A stretch of DNA of 62,400 nucleotides from positions 1-62,400 of IMG/VR virus record IMGVR_UViG_3300030430_003380; one strand, written 5' to 3'. The DNA comes from a virus. Lineage: Duplodnaviria; Caudoviricetes. Position numbers and translations under genes: made by a program. How positions within the stretch are numbered: the first letter of the stretch is position 1; every line of letters starts with the position of its first letter. Shown here in pieces: positions 25,601 through 34,304 of the stretch. Under the pieces are notes generated by a model. The model was not told where the DNA came from and searched no databases. It saw only the letters and a list, made by a program, of their open reading frames with translations.

Positions 25601-28600
25601 CTCTGGGTAGTTAATCTTTACAGATAAACCTGTCTCTGTAGGTATAACTTCAGATGTATTTATGTGACCAAAGTTATCTGTATCTTCAAGAGCATGTCTA
25701 ACTAAGAATAAGCTAAGATTCATAGCATCCATATCCTTAGTTTCAAAGTTTAGGGTAGACTCCATTCTGTTTTCTGAATCCTTAAACCTATCTATATTGT
25801 AGTTAGCTACATCTCTTAGGTTTAGTGGATCCTTGTCTAGTGGATATAGTCTATCCATAGGGAACATAGATTTAACTTGAACGTCACCTATTCTTGAGTT
25901 TTCTTTTATATCAAGATTAGTATCAAAGAATGCTCTAGATCTAGACCACTTATTGTATTGTTCGTTAGAGAATGGTGTCATCTTCACGTTAGAAGGATCT
26001 ACCATCTCTGTATTTTCTGGAGCATAATGACTTAGAGATACCATGTTATCTATAATCTCCATATCTGGATACTCATTCTTAAGCTCCTCATAAGAGTCTG
26101 TAAGTTTAGCAAACTGTCTAGGATTTAAATTGCTAGTACCATTTTGATTAAGTTGGAACTTAGCTATACCTTTATTCTTGTGAGACTCCACCATATCCTG
26201 AGTTATAGGGAAGTTTCTAGCTCTCATTGGTTGTTTCTCTATAATCCCTCCACTTTCTAAATATTCAACAACTTTATCAGATAGTTTAAGTTTTGAAAGT
26301 AGGCTATTTCTATCAGCAACCAAAGCACCATCAATAGCAGCTTTAACTGGATTTATTAATTCTTTTAAATTAGATACGCCAATTTCTTGGGCTGACTCAG
26401 GAAATTCGTCAATTTTTTCTCTAATTGGCATAAGAAAACCATTTTGAAGATCATCTAAAAACGCTTCCTTACTCTCGTATATAGGAACAGACTCCACCTC
26501 TACGCTTTGAGTTATTCCCTCACCAACAGTTGTCCCTCCAAATGTTGAAATACGATTGACAAGTTTTTTACCTTTCGTGTATAGAGTTAAAACTTTACCA
26601 TCTTTCCTTAAACCTGTAGCATTACCAAGAAGCATGTCTATCTTTTGAACTGCAGTCCTAATCTCAACATCAGTTTCTACCTTAACTTCTTTTACAAGAT
26701 CTTCCCTTAGGTTACCTTTAGGACTCTCCATCTCATCTAACAAAACTGCTTCAACAGTATCTTGAAGGTATGTTTGAGTAATAAGGTTGTATAATTCATT
26801 ACTTATAGTACCATCCTCTTCAACCTGTATATCTATGAAGTCTAAAGGACTCTTACCTTCTCTCTCAAACTGACCTCTAACAATATTAGGTAGAGTATTG
26901 TCGTAGAAGTTTTTTAAACCTTCAGCTTGTTTACCCTCTGTAGGGACACCCTCTATCACCACACTCTCTTCACCAGTAATTAAAGCTACAGAGTCGTAAC
27001 CATTTTGTATAGCCACCTTCATTGCAGCTCTGACAGCTAGACCTGTATTCTTTGTTATATCACTCCAAGGGAAGTTAGGAACTCTATTTAAAACTTTAGT
27101 ATTCCTACTGAACTCTTTACGAACTTCCTCAAGATCTAAATCTTCTATTTTTTTCTCTAAAGCTTTTTTCTTAGAATTATAGTTTTCCCTCATAGAAACT
27201 ATCTCACGAGTTAAGCCATTAGCACGAGGATTAAATCCATTTAACTCCTCTGTAGTATTTAAACTAGAACCAAAATAAGTATCTAGTTTTGTCTCTAGCT
27301 CTGCAATCTTCCCATCATCTGGGGTAGTAGAGTTTATAAGTGTTGTTATTTGACTATCAAAATCTTCTAGTTCACGCTTATGTTGCTCTTCAAGACCGTC
27401 AAGAATTTGATCTCTAGTTGACTGAAGATCAATAATTTCATCGTAAAGTCTACTCTCTTCAACTTGTAATCTATCTATTTTAGCAGACAACTCACGACTC
27501 TTATCTCTAGCCTCAACTATATCTTTTAGTTCAGCAAAACCTTTCTTTCTACCTTCAGCCTCCCAATCAGATTGAACCTCTAGTATTAACAAAACTTTCT
27601 TACCATCCACAATCCTATCCTCTGTTCTAACAAATCCAACTAGGTTATCATTAAACCCAGTAAAGTGTCCACTGGTGTGGATTGTTTCACCTTTAGGGTT
27701 AAGGTTTATAAGTATGTTTTGAGGATTGTTTCTATCTTTTCTATTTCTATTTCTACCCCACGATACTGTAGCGTACTTAGAATTATATTTTTCTCTTAAC
27801 TCAGCTAAACTATTAACTCCAGGAAACAGAGATGACTTTGCTACAAAGTCAGATAGAACGATATACCTAACATCATTAGGCTCATTAACTCCACTATCTC
27901 TTATTGTTGTTGGCTCATTAGTGTTTAAAAAGTTTACAGCTATACCTGATAACCTGAAAGAATTAAGATCAAAGTCTTCATCAACACCTGTCATTTTGTG
28001 AGTTTCAATATCACCATTAGGCATTTTAATATCAAACGTTATATCGTAGGTAATATTTCCCTCATCATCAGGTACTCTTATATCTTTTTGAATTACACGA
28101 GAAACATTCTTCACAGTAACATCACCAAAATCTTTTTCTTCAATAACAAAGTTTTCACCTAATAAAGTAACCTCAATATCTGGAGTTAGGTTGTTAACTA
28201 ACACCTTTACATCTTCATATGTAGGATTCTTACCTGTAGTCTTAACTACGGTGTTCAAAGCCTCCTCTAAACCTGTAGATTTTATCTCATCACCAACACC
28301 CTTAACACCTGTGTCCTGCATTAACTTAATCCACTGCTTAACAGGTTTTCTAAACTTTCTACCTTTCTTAATTGTATTTAAGGTAGTGATTAAGTTAGAG
28401 TCAAAGTTCAGTGAGTTTCTTGCACTTAACTGAAACTTAGTTTCTTCTATGGTTATAGCATCAGGATCAAAGACAACATAGTTTCTAGCGTCACCTTCCT
28501 TATATGTCATACCATCTATACCAGCAGAAAGCATTAACATGGATGCTTCTTTCTGTGAACCTAGCTGACTCTCTAACTGTCCATAAAGTTGTGCTGTTGT

Positions 28601-31600
28601 AATGTTAGACTTCTCCTCAATCATGTAAGCTCTGTCAGCCTTACTAACTTTATCGTCACCAATCATCTCATCTACAATCTTCTCAACTGTTTCAACAGGA
28701 ACCTTAGAGTCCCAGTCTAAGTAGTCATACTCGTGATGTTGTTTTCCTGCGTGGAGTGAAACCTTAACTAAAGTACCAGCTCTTTTATAATTAGGTCTTA
28801 TATCATTGTTAGCCCAATCAAGAAGGTCTTGCGATGCTTCGTATTCAAATCTAAATTGATTTACTGCTGAGTCAAAATCAGACGTACCCTCTAGTAAATC
28901 TAAAAATATAGACTTCATCTCCATCTCTCTATAAGCTTCTTGAGATCTTACAGCACGAGCTTTATTCACCAACATAGTGTTGTACTCATGTACAGGCATG
29001 CTACCTATCTTATCATCTGCTGATGTAACTGATCCATCTCTATAACCTTTAGCTACTTCTTGCTCACTAGAGAAATAGAAACCATGACCATACTGAAGGT
29101 GACTCTTAATATAATTAGGGTTAAACTTGTCTATATTATTTGGACCACCATGATATAAATTACTTATTTGGAATCTACCAAACGCAGCATCACCGCCAGT
29201 AAAGTCATTAATAACATCTACGTTTGTTACAATACCACCATACATAGCAACATTGTAAGCTGACCTGTCTTGCTTATGCTTGAAAGGAATAGGTTTATTT
29301 TTCTTCTTTTCTGTCTCAGACATATAATTAGGAAAGGCTTCCTTTATATGAATAAACTTATTGAATATTTTGAAGTTACCTCCAGGTAAAACAAAAGGAT
29401 AACCAGGGTGATGACCAGCATCTCCCTCCTTAGTTTCTTTAATCGTAGCGTTAGTGTCTAAGTCTACAACACCAATAAGGTCACCCATTCTAGCATTCTC
29501 TATGAGTGGCTCGTTAACAAACTTTAATAAATCTTCAGGTCTAGGTAAACCAAGTTTTTTATTAAACTCAATCTTGTACAACTCTTGCATCACTTTGTTT
29601 CTATCACCAGTACCTATGGTTCTCATGTAGGCTTTAAACTCATCAAAGTTTTTAAACTTTTTCTTTGGTAAGTTTGTGTCTCTCTTTAATTTTTTTCTCT
29701 TACCTGTAACCTTATCTGTTTCCCAAAAATGATTAAGAACTGCAGCTTTATTAAAGGTGTTGTTTATCTGAGCTATAATTTCATTTCCAAACTTTTTATT
29801 GTTTTTTGATAAAGCTAACTCAACTTCTTTCTCAACATACTCTATAAAGTTTAAGTTTCCAGAAATAGAAGCGTTACTCATAGCCATAAAGACAACCTTT
29901 GTAACATCATCTTTTTTAAGTTTGTTTAGTAGGTTTTCAGCTTTAGACTTAGTAGTCCAAGCCCAACCTCCAGTGTCTTTCATCATAGGGTATAGTAATC
30001 CACCCATCATCTTATGCTTAACTCCAGTATCACTAGTTATATTACCAACTGAAGACCTGTCGATAGGAGCCACATAAACCTTTTCTCCATTTAAATCTAT
30101 AATAGATCCTACAGGAATATCTGTTTCTGAAAAATCAAATCTTTCTCTAAGCTGAAACTTAGATGGACCTCTATCAGATAGTAAATCTTCAGACACCTCT
30201 ACAAAGTCTGTAAGCATATCCTCACCAGCCTCAAGAGAGTTTTTTGTCATCGAATTATACTTAGCTTGGAACATTGCAACCTCTGTTGGCTCACCAACTT
30301 CAAACTCGTTTCCTGCTATGTTAATTTTCTTACCAGCTACGAAAGACTTAGCTAAACCTTTTTTAAGGTCACCTAGATTCTGTACAGTATCAAGTGTTAG
30401 ATCAAATATTTCACCATCAAAGTCAACGCCAAAGTAATGTTGTATAATATTCTTTACAGCCTGTTTTATTCTACCAAGAGTGCTTTGACTTCTTATAAAT
30501 TGATTTACAGCAGCATCACCCATCATCTCAGCAAAAGCTTCTTCAGTAAAGTATGCTCTCTTCTCTGCTGCAGACTTATCTTTTAAATAAGATGCAACCA
30601 TTTCGTTATTACCATACAACTGTTTAGCCCACTCGTAGTAAGACAACCTGATCCTTCTACCATCTTCAAGAACTATAAGCTTTGAATCTGATACTCCATC
30701 TGCTTTTCTTACAAGCTTTTCTATTTGTTTATATATCTTTCTACCTTCCTTTGTAGTCTTTAATTTATTTACCAAAGGATGTATTATCTCGTGGAACAAA
30801 GTATTACCTTGTATGTATTCCATGTTAAGATATATGGTGTCACCAAGGTAGAAAGCTGACTGACGAGAGTGACCAACTGGATCGTTGACCCCCTTTTGTG
30901 CTAGCATCTGAGCCATAGAGTCAGAGTTTCTAGCTATAGAGAAGTTAAGGTTACCTATAGATGATAACATCTTAACAATGAATCCTAATATTTTTTGTCT
31001 ACTATTAGGGTAGCCTTCAAAGAATGTAGCATCATAGTTTTCGCTAGTTGAGTCTAACTGATCCATGTTGTCAGCGTTAATATCCTTACCATGAACAGCC
31101 TCGTTTGTACCAAATCTTATAGAGAACTTTCTACCATTAGCATCTTTCATTATAAAGAAACTAGCACCATTTCTAGCGTCTGGTGATTTCTCTACAATAC
31201 CGTTTACAGACTGAACACTACCATTACTATTTAGAACACCTGTCTTACTTGAGAACACAGAAGTTTGACCAAAATTTCTACCCAGATTTAAAGCCTGAGC
31301 ATCTGTAAGCCCTTCAACCATGAACGATTCTTTAGACACTCCATTCTCTACAGTCCTAACAGTTTTATATTTAACTCCAAGGGCATCTAGCCTAGCCTTT
31401 AAGTTAGTAGACCTATTTTTGTTTTGCTCTGCAGTGTATCCATTCTTTTGCGATGATACAATATGGTAGTCTTTCTGTAAGTCATCTTGAGATACAGAGT
31501 CCATACTCTTAGCATCAGCTTTTCTAAACTCTAAGTTATTCTTCTTTACAAGCTCTGCCTTAGCATTCTCTTTAGCCATATCAGCTTTCTTCATCTCCGC

Positions 31601-34288
31601 CTGTCTGTGAGCCTCTAATAATTGATGTGCAGTTTCGTAATTTATGTTAGCAAACTCTATGGTGCCAACATCAGCACCAAGACCCTTACCTTGTTTACCT
31701 GAGTCTACAAGAACAGCAGTACCATCATGTTTTACAACAAACTCAAAAGTCCTATCCTGTAAAGCATCAAACTCTCTAGCACCTGTAGTAGCCTTAGCTT
31801 CTTTATCAGTTTGTTCTATATACTCTTCAAGTTTAGCTATCTGACTTTCTGTTAAAATCTTACCAAGCTGATTAACGTTTACACGAACAGCACTACCAGA
31901 TCCGACACCTGCTTCAGCTAACTTCTGTTCTACATACTCTATTCTGTTTTCGTTTATCTCTTTTTTGGTATACTCACCATCTTTATACTGAAACTTCTCC
32001 TCTGCTTCTTTCTGAAACTTTCTAGTCAAAGCTTTTTTTACAGCCTGAAACTCATCCTCTCCCTCTTTAGATACAGTGAATGAACCAGCTTGAAAGTCTG
32101 CAAGATTACCAATAGATATTCCTTTACTCTTTAAGAAAGAGTTTAATCTAGAGATAGTGCTTTCGTAAACTTTACTGGTAACAACAGTACCCTTATCAGC
32201 TATCAAAGCATCTATCTTAGATAAAGTCTCTTGTATACCATTTATTATATCAGCAGCACCACCATTCTTTACATTATTTTTATCTACAGATTCAATAGTT
32301 TTCAAGGACTTATCAAGTTCTTTAACCAACTCTAGCATAGAATCTCTAGCCTCCATAGCATCTTGACTGGTGTACCCCTCTAGTTTAGCTTTCATTTTAG
32401 CCTCTACTTCTGAGTCAATAGAGGTGTCAAACCCTATATCACCATTAGCTACAGCAGCTAAATTAGTTTCATCCTGAAAGAACAATAATGCATCCCTTCT
32501 AGTTAAAACTCTTTCGCTACCTGTCTTGTTATCAGTTATAGTTATAGAAGCTAAATTTTCTAAATCACCACTAATATCCTTCATAAAAGAATACCTAAGT
32601 TGTCTACTACCAATAACACCACCCATACCTGCACCAAGAATACCAGCATCAGTAACCTTCATTACAGCGTCAACGAAACTCTCTGGGGTACCAGCACCTG
32701 TTATAGCGTCATTAAGGATATTAGTAACCTCTGTACCCATCTCTGACCCAGCTTCCATACCCATGCCCTTGAAGTAATTTTTAACAAAGTTTTCTGACAT
32801 CTCCGTTGGAACATCAACTAACTTCATTTTACGCAGCTTACGCATAGTGTTTATATACTGGTAGGTAGGTATTTCAAATATCATCTCAGCACCACCACTA
32901 ACCATAGAGTTTATAGCTATCATAAGGGTACTCATGTCTACCTCACCTCTCTCTCTCATGTCCTTAAGGTCTAAAGACTTTTGACCATAAGCACTGGTAC
33001 CCATAGCACCTAAAGTTATACGCTGTGCTGCAGTTGTAGACAATCCAGCAGCTCCAAGAAACGCACCACCAGCATACATAGATAAGATCTGTGGTGCTGT
33101 TTGTGCTAAACCATTTCCAAACTGAGCTATAGCGTTACCAATGTTACCCTCTGTTAAAGATTCTGTAATACCATCAAACTCATAAGCTCTAGTTTTTTTC
33201 ATCCAAGATTCAGAACTCTCTTTAAGTGATCTTGCTATCTCACCACCATATCTATTGTAAGCTGTTATATTGTAATTGTTCATAGAGCCATAAGCAAGGA
33301 TTCCCTCTAAAGGCTCTATAATACCAGCAAGTAAACCTAGACTACCGCTAGCAAAAGAGTCAGCTAAATCACTAAACTGACCACCAGCCTCTAACTGTCT
33401 CTGATATAGGTTATTAAGGTAAGCACCCATCTCACTATTCTCAACCATTATAGGAGATATGTAGACATCATTCTTACCTTCTTGAAGGTCGTCTACAAAA
33501 TCTTGGTCTAACAAAGACTCCTTCATCTCTACAGGACTAACGTTTTTACCGTTAATCTTGAAGTGTTCCATCTGAACAAAAGTCTCATCTATACCCCTTT
33601 CTTTGAGGACATCCTCAATCTCACTTGGAGCATAGTTAATTACAGCATCATTAAAGTTTTGGGTGTTATAAGCTATGTCAGCTTCCTTAAACTCTTCTTT
33701 AAATAAATCTATTCTAGAGTTTAGAGTAGATAATTTATTATCGTTCATACGAGCATCAGAACCATAAGGATCCTTCTCTAACTTCATTTGCAACTCTCTT
33801 TGTTGCTTTAAAAGTTCTTGATAATATCGGTAATCTACACCGTAGTTTTCATACCATTGAGCCTTATATTCTTCTGTAGTTGGTACTTTTGATTGCTCTT
33901 CTTGTTCAAGCTTAACTTGTTTTTGCTTAAACCTATTCTCTGCAGATTCTAAAAGATAGTCTGAGTCTTCCGATTGAGATGTAATAGGTTCTTGATCTTG
34001 ATCCATGCTGACTTCCATAGTAGGCTCCGCATCTGAAGAATCTTTTTTTTTTACATCTTCTTGTGAAACATCTTGCTTAGGTTGTTGCTCTTTAGGTTTT
34101 TGTTCAACCCCCATAAGACTAGCAAAATCTTCTAAGCTATCTTCATAACCGTCTTGTTTAAATAAACCATAAGAGTGCGACAAAGCCTCTGGGTTTTCAG
34201 ACATAAGTATTTTAAATTCATCTAAACTATCACTATATCCATCTTTAGTGAATAAATCGTAGGCATACTGAATTGCTTCTTCGTTCAT
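22652..34288 (-). CDS. Giant polyvalent virion/ejection protein (zincin HExxH, DUF3293-like, ART-PolyVal-like, LPD38-like C-terminus)
   Basis: FHEIIHP...EEAFAE; LYHG...YGHGFYF...AGIDG...YVVFDP; VRNTYPNY...PFVGTFVAF; last gene of tail/ejection block. Confidence 0.85.
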   Translation of the reverse strand: MNEEAIQYAYDLFTKDGYSDSLDEFKILMSENPEALSHSYGLFKQDGYEDSLEDFASLMGVEQKPKEQQPKQDVSQEDVKKKDSSDAEPTMEVSMDQDQEPITSQSEDSDYLLESAENRFKQKQVKLEQEEQSKVPTTEEYKAQWYENYGVDYRYYQELLKQQRELQMKLEKDPYGSDARMNDNKLSTLNSRIDLFKEEFKEADIAYNTQNFNDAVINYAPSEIEDVLKERGIDETFVQMEHFKINGKNVSPVEMKESLLDQDFVDDLQEGKNDVYISPIMVENSEMGAYLNNLYQRQLEAGGQFSDLADSFASGSLGLLAGIIEPLEGILAYGSMNNYNITAYNRYGGEIARSLKESSESWMKKTRAYEFDGITESLTEGNIGNAIAQFGNGLAQTAPQILSMYAGGAFLGAAGLSTTAAQRITLGAMGTSAYGQKSLDLKDMRERGEVDMSTLMIAINSMVSGGAEMIFEIPTYQYINTMRKLRKMKLVDVPTEMSENFVKNYFKGMGMEAGSEMGTEVTNILNDAITGAGTPESFVDAVMKVTDAGILGAGMGGVIGSRQLRYSFMKDISGDLENLASITITDNKTGSERVLTRRDALLFFQDETNLAAVANGDIGFDTSIDSEVEAKMKAKLEGYTSQDAMEARDSMLELVKELDKSLKTIESVDKNNVKNGGAADIINGIQETLSKIDALIADKGTVVTSKVYESTISRLNSFLKSKGISIGNLADFQAGSFTVSKEGEDEFQAVKKALTRKFQKEAEEKFQYKDGEYTKKEINENRIEYVEQKLAEAGVGSGSAVRVNVNQLGKILTESQIAKLEEYIEQTDKEAKATTGAREFDALQDRTFEFVVKHDGTAVLVDSGKQGKGLGADVGTIEFANINYETAHQLLEAHRQAEMKKADMAKENAKAELVKKNNLEFRKADAKSMDSVSQDDLQKDYHIVSSQKNGYTAEQNKNRSTNLKARLDALGVKYKTVRTVENGVSKESFMVEGLTDAQALNLGRNFGQTSVFSSKTGVLNSNGSVQSVNGIVEKSPDARNGASFFIMKDANGRKFSIRFGTNEAVHGKDINADNMDQLDSTSENYDATFFEGYPNSRQKILGFIVKMLSSIGNLNFSIARNSDSMAQMLAQKGVNDPVGHSRQSAFYLGDTIYLNMEYIQGNTLFHEIIHPLVNKLKTTKEGRKIYKQIEKLVRKADGVSDSKLIVLEDGRRIRLSYYEWAKQLYGNNEMVASYLKDKSAAEKRAYFTEEAFAEMMGDAAVNQFIRSQSTLGRIKQAVKNIIQHYFGVDFDGEIFDLTLDTVQNLGDLKKGLAKSFVAGKKINIAGNEFEVGEPTEVAMFQAKYNSMTKNSLEAGEDMLTDFVEVSEDLLSDRGPSKFQLRERFDFSETDIPVGSIIDLNGEKVYVAPIDRSSVGNITSDTGVKHKMMGGLLYPMMKDTGGWAWTTKSKAENLLNKLKKDDVTKVVFMAMSNASISGNLNFIEYVEKEVELALSKNNKKFGNEIIAQINNTFNKAAVLNHFWETDKVTGKRKKLKRDTNLPKKKFKNFDEFKAYMRTIGTGDRNKVMQELYKIEFNKKLGLPRPEDLLKFVNEPLIENARMGDLIGVVDLDTNATIKETKEGDAGHHPGYPFVLPGGNFKIFNKFIHIKEAFPNYMSETEKKKNKPIPFKHKQDRSAYNVAMYGGIVTNVDVINDFTGGDAAFGRFQISNLYHGGPNNIDKFNPNYIKSHLQYGHGFYFSSEQEVAKGYRDGSVTSADDKIGSMPVHEYNTMLVNKARAVRSQEAYREMEMKSIFLDLLEGTSDFDSAVNQFRFEYEASQDLLDWANNDIRPNYKRAGTLVKVSLHAGKQHHEYDYLDWDSKVPVETVEKIVDEMIGDDKVSKADRAYMIEEKSNITTAQLYGQLESQLGSQKEASMLMLSAGIDGMTYKEGDARNYVVFDPDAITIEETKFQLSARNSLNFDSNLITTLNTIKKGRKFRKPVKQWIKLMQDTGVKGVGDEIKSTGLEEALNTVVKTTGKNPTYEDVKVLVNNLTPDIEVTLLGENFVIEEKDFGDVTVKNVSRVIQKDIRVPDDEGNITYDITFDIKMPNGDIETHKMTGVDEDFDLNSFRLSGIAVNFLNTNEPTTIRDSGVNEPNDVRYIVLSDFVAKSSLFPGVNSLAELREKYNSKYATVSWGRNRNRKDRNNPQNILINLNPKGETIHTSGHFTGFNDNLVGFVRTEDRIVDGKKVLLILEVQSDWEAEGRKKGFAELKDIVEARDKSRELSAKIDRLQVEESRLYDEIIDLQSTRDQILDGLEEQHKRELEDFDSQITTLINSTTPDDGKIAELETKLDTYFGSSLNTTEELNGFNPRANGLTREIVSMRENYNSKKKALEKKIEDLDLEEVRKEFSRNTKVLNRVPNFPWSDITKNTGLAVRAAMKVAIQNGYDSVALITGEESVVIEGVPTEGKQAEGLKNFYDNTLPNIVRGQFEREGKSPLDFIDIQVEEDGTISNELYNLITQTYLQDTVEAVLLDEMESPKGNLREDLVKEVKVETDVEIRTAVQKIDMLLGNATGLRKDGKVLTLYTKGKKLVNRISTFGGTTVGEGITQSVEVESVPIYESKEAFLDDLQNGFLMPIREKIDEFPESAQEIGVSNLKELINPVKAAIDGALVADRNSLLSKLKLSDKVVEYLESGGIIEKQPMRARNFPITQDMVESHKNKGIAKFQLNQNGTSNLNPRQFAKLTDSYEELKNEYPDMEIIDNMVSLSHYAPENTEMVDPSNVKMTPFSNEQYNKWSRSRAFFDTNLDIKENSRIGDVQVKSMFPMDRLYPLDKDPLNLRDVANYNIDRFKDSENRMESTLNFETKDMDAMNLSLFLVRHALEDTDNFGHINTSEVIPTETGLSVKINYPEHISEEVIESLKDCCDNIDTKEVKSKDVSYNQMEEIAKLASGLGFQGFLFDDSGKQMATTWEPVRSNTKTRFQLANQQGRTVYRRGGFAVLWDIGRMMIERDYDLGRWATSFKAISDKQYDVRLSRLFAKPFGTHSSKEVKDLMTVAQGALNKELFEASENVKEVKAAIIEYNNSVSGKRKIDGQKATELLADRSKILRLRNPRLKAAFINMRDHIDQLSKTLIREEIVDGPTTLKVDANLGVYLTRRYRQYEKKGWKQEDQKIINRALNFMTNAHMEKNPELSEQEAYDFAKQDLDIIQNGDETSRAERIQTYSQGFGNALTRVGSIFMARNEDLPVEIRDLLGEIHDPFYNYTNTISKIARTVTSDKMYRELIDIGEGLFLSPPDESGRRPAILNQGFNNQVKDPRFGSLNGYFLDDEMYSVLSEIDRKMNMFDNYFYQQYMKVVMFGKKMKTIWSVGTHTRNIIGNSSFMLMNGHLDGKKLFTSARVAIQAVSTFKDPEMKDLYKKLVKLGVVSSSASLQEIRGIAKDLSDADFDVDTFFANKSESDIAKLLKTLDQKLTAAYQAEDDVFKIFGFLSEKEKYMKAGLSENEADLVAAENVRNTYPNYNEIPRIIRFIGRSPFVGTFVAFQAESIRCAKNSVMLAFNEMSSGNPELKSMGVTRLASSIATITLVESLQLMMLQMLLGAGDDEEVEKRYLRALQPDWDQTGFVVPKGSGVDEQGRPYVDYVNMSKMSGIGYIRDMIRIAVKGVDSKDGKDALVRILETIYKPFLSEEMTLNAIQEARDNEFERIYNKEAPWYDIIPAVVTYVGGKLAPSTAMQGFKLYDAFDPDKRRVVSYEISALLGFRVSRIYTDTSAQFKLSDQFNKIKSRAKGNKIFYEEGINLPLLNREKFNLYDQDELNSRLNRLSPLYDPHLSGFVDQMAVLVAAARAHHYTLNQSKELMINKLKVPNHLADHIINRVWRDHGKVLRLPIGDTYK

Positions 34289-34304
34289 TTGTTATTTTTT
34301 ATGC

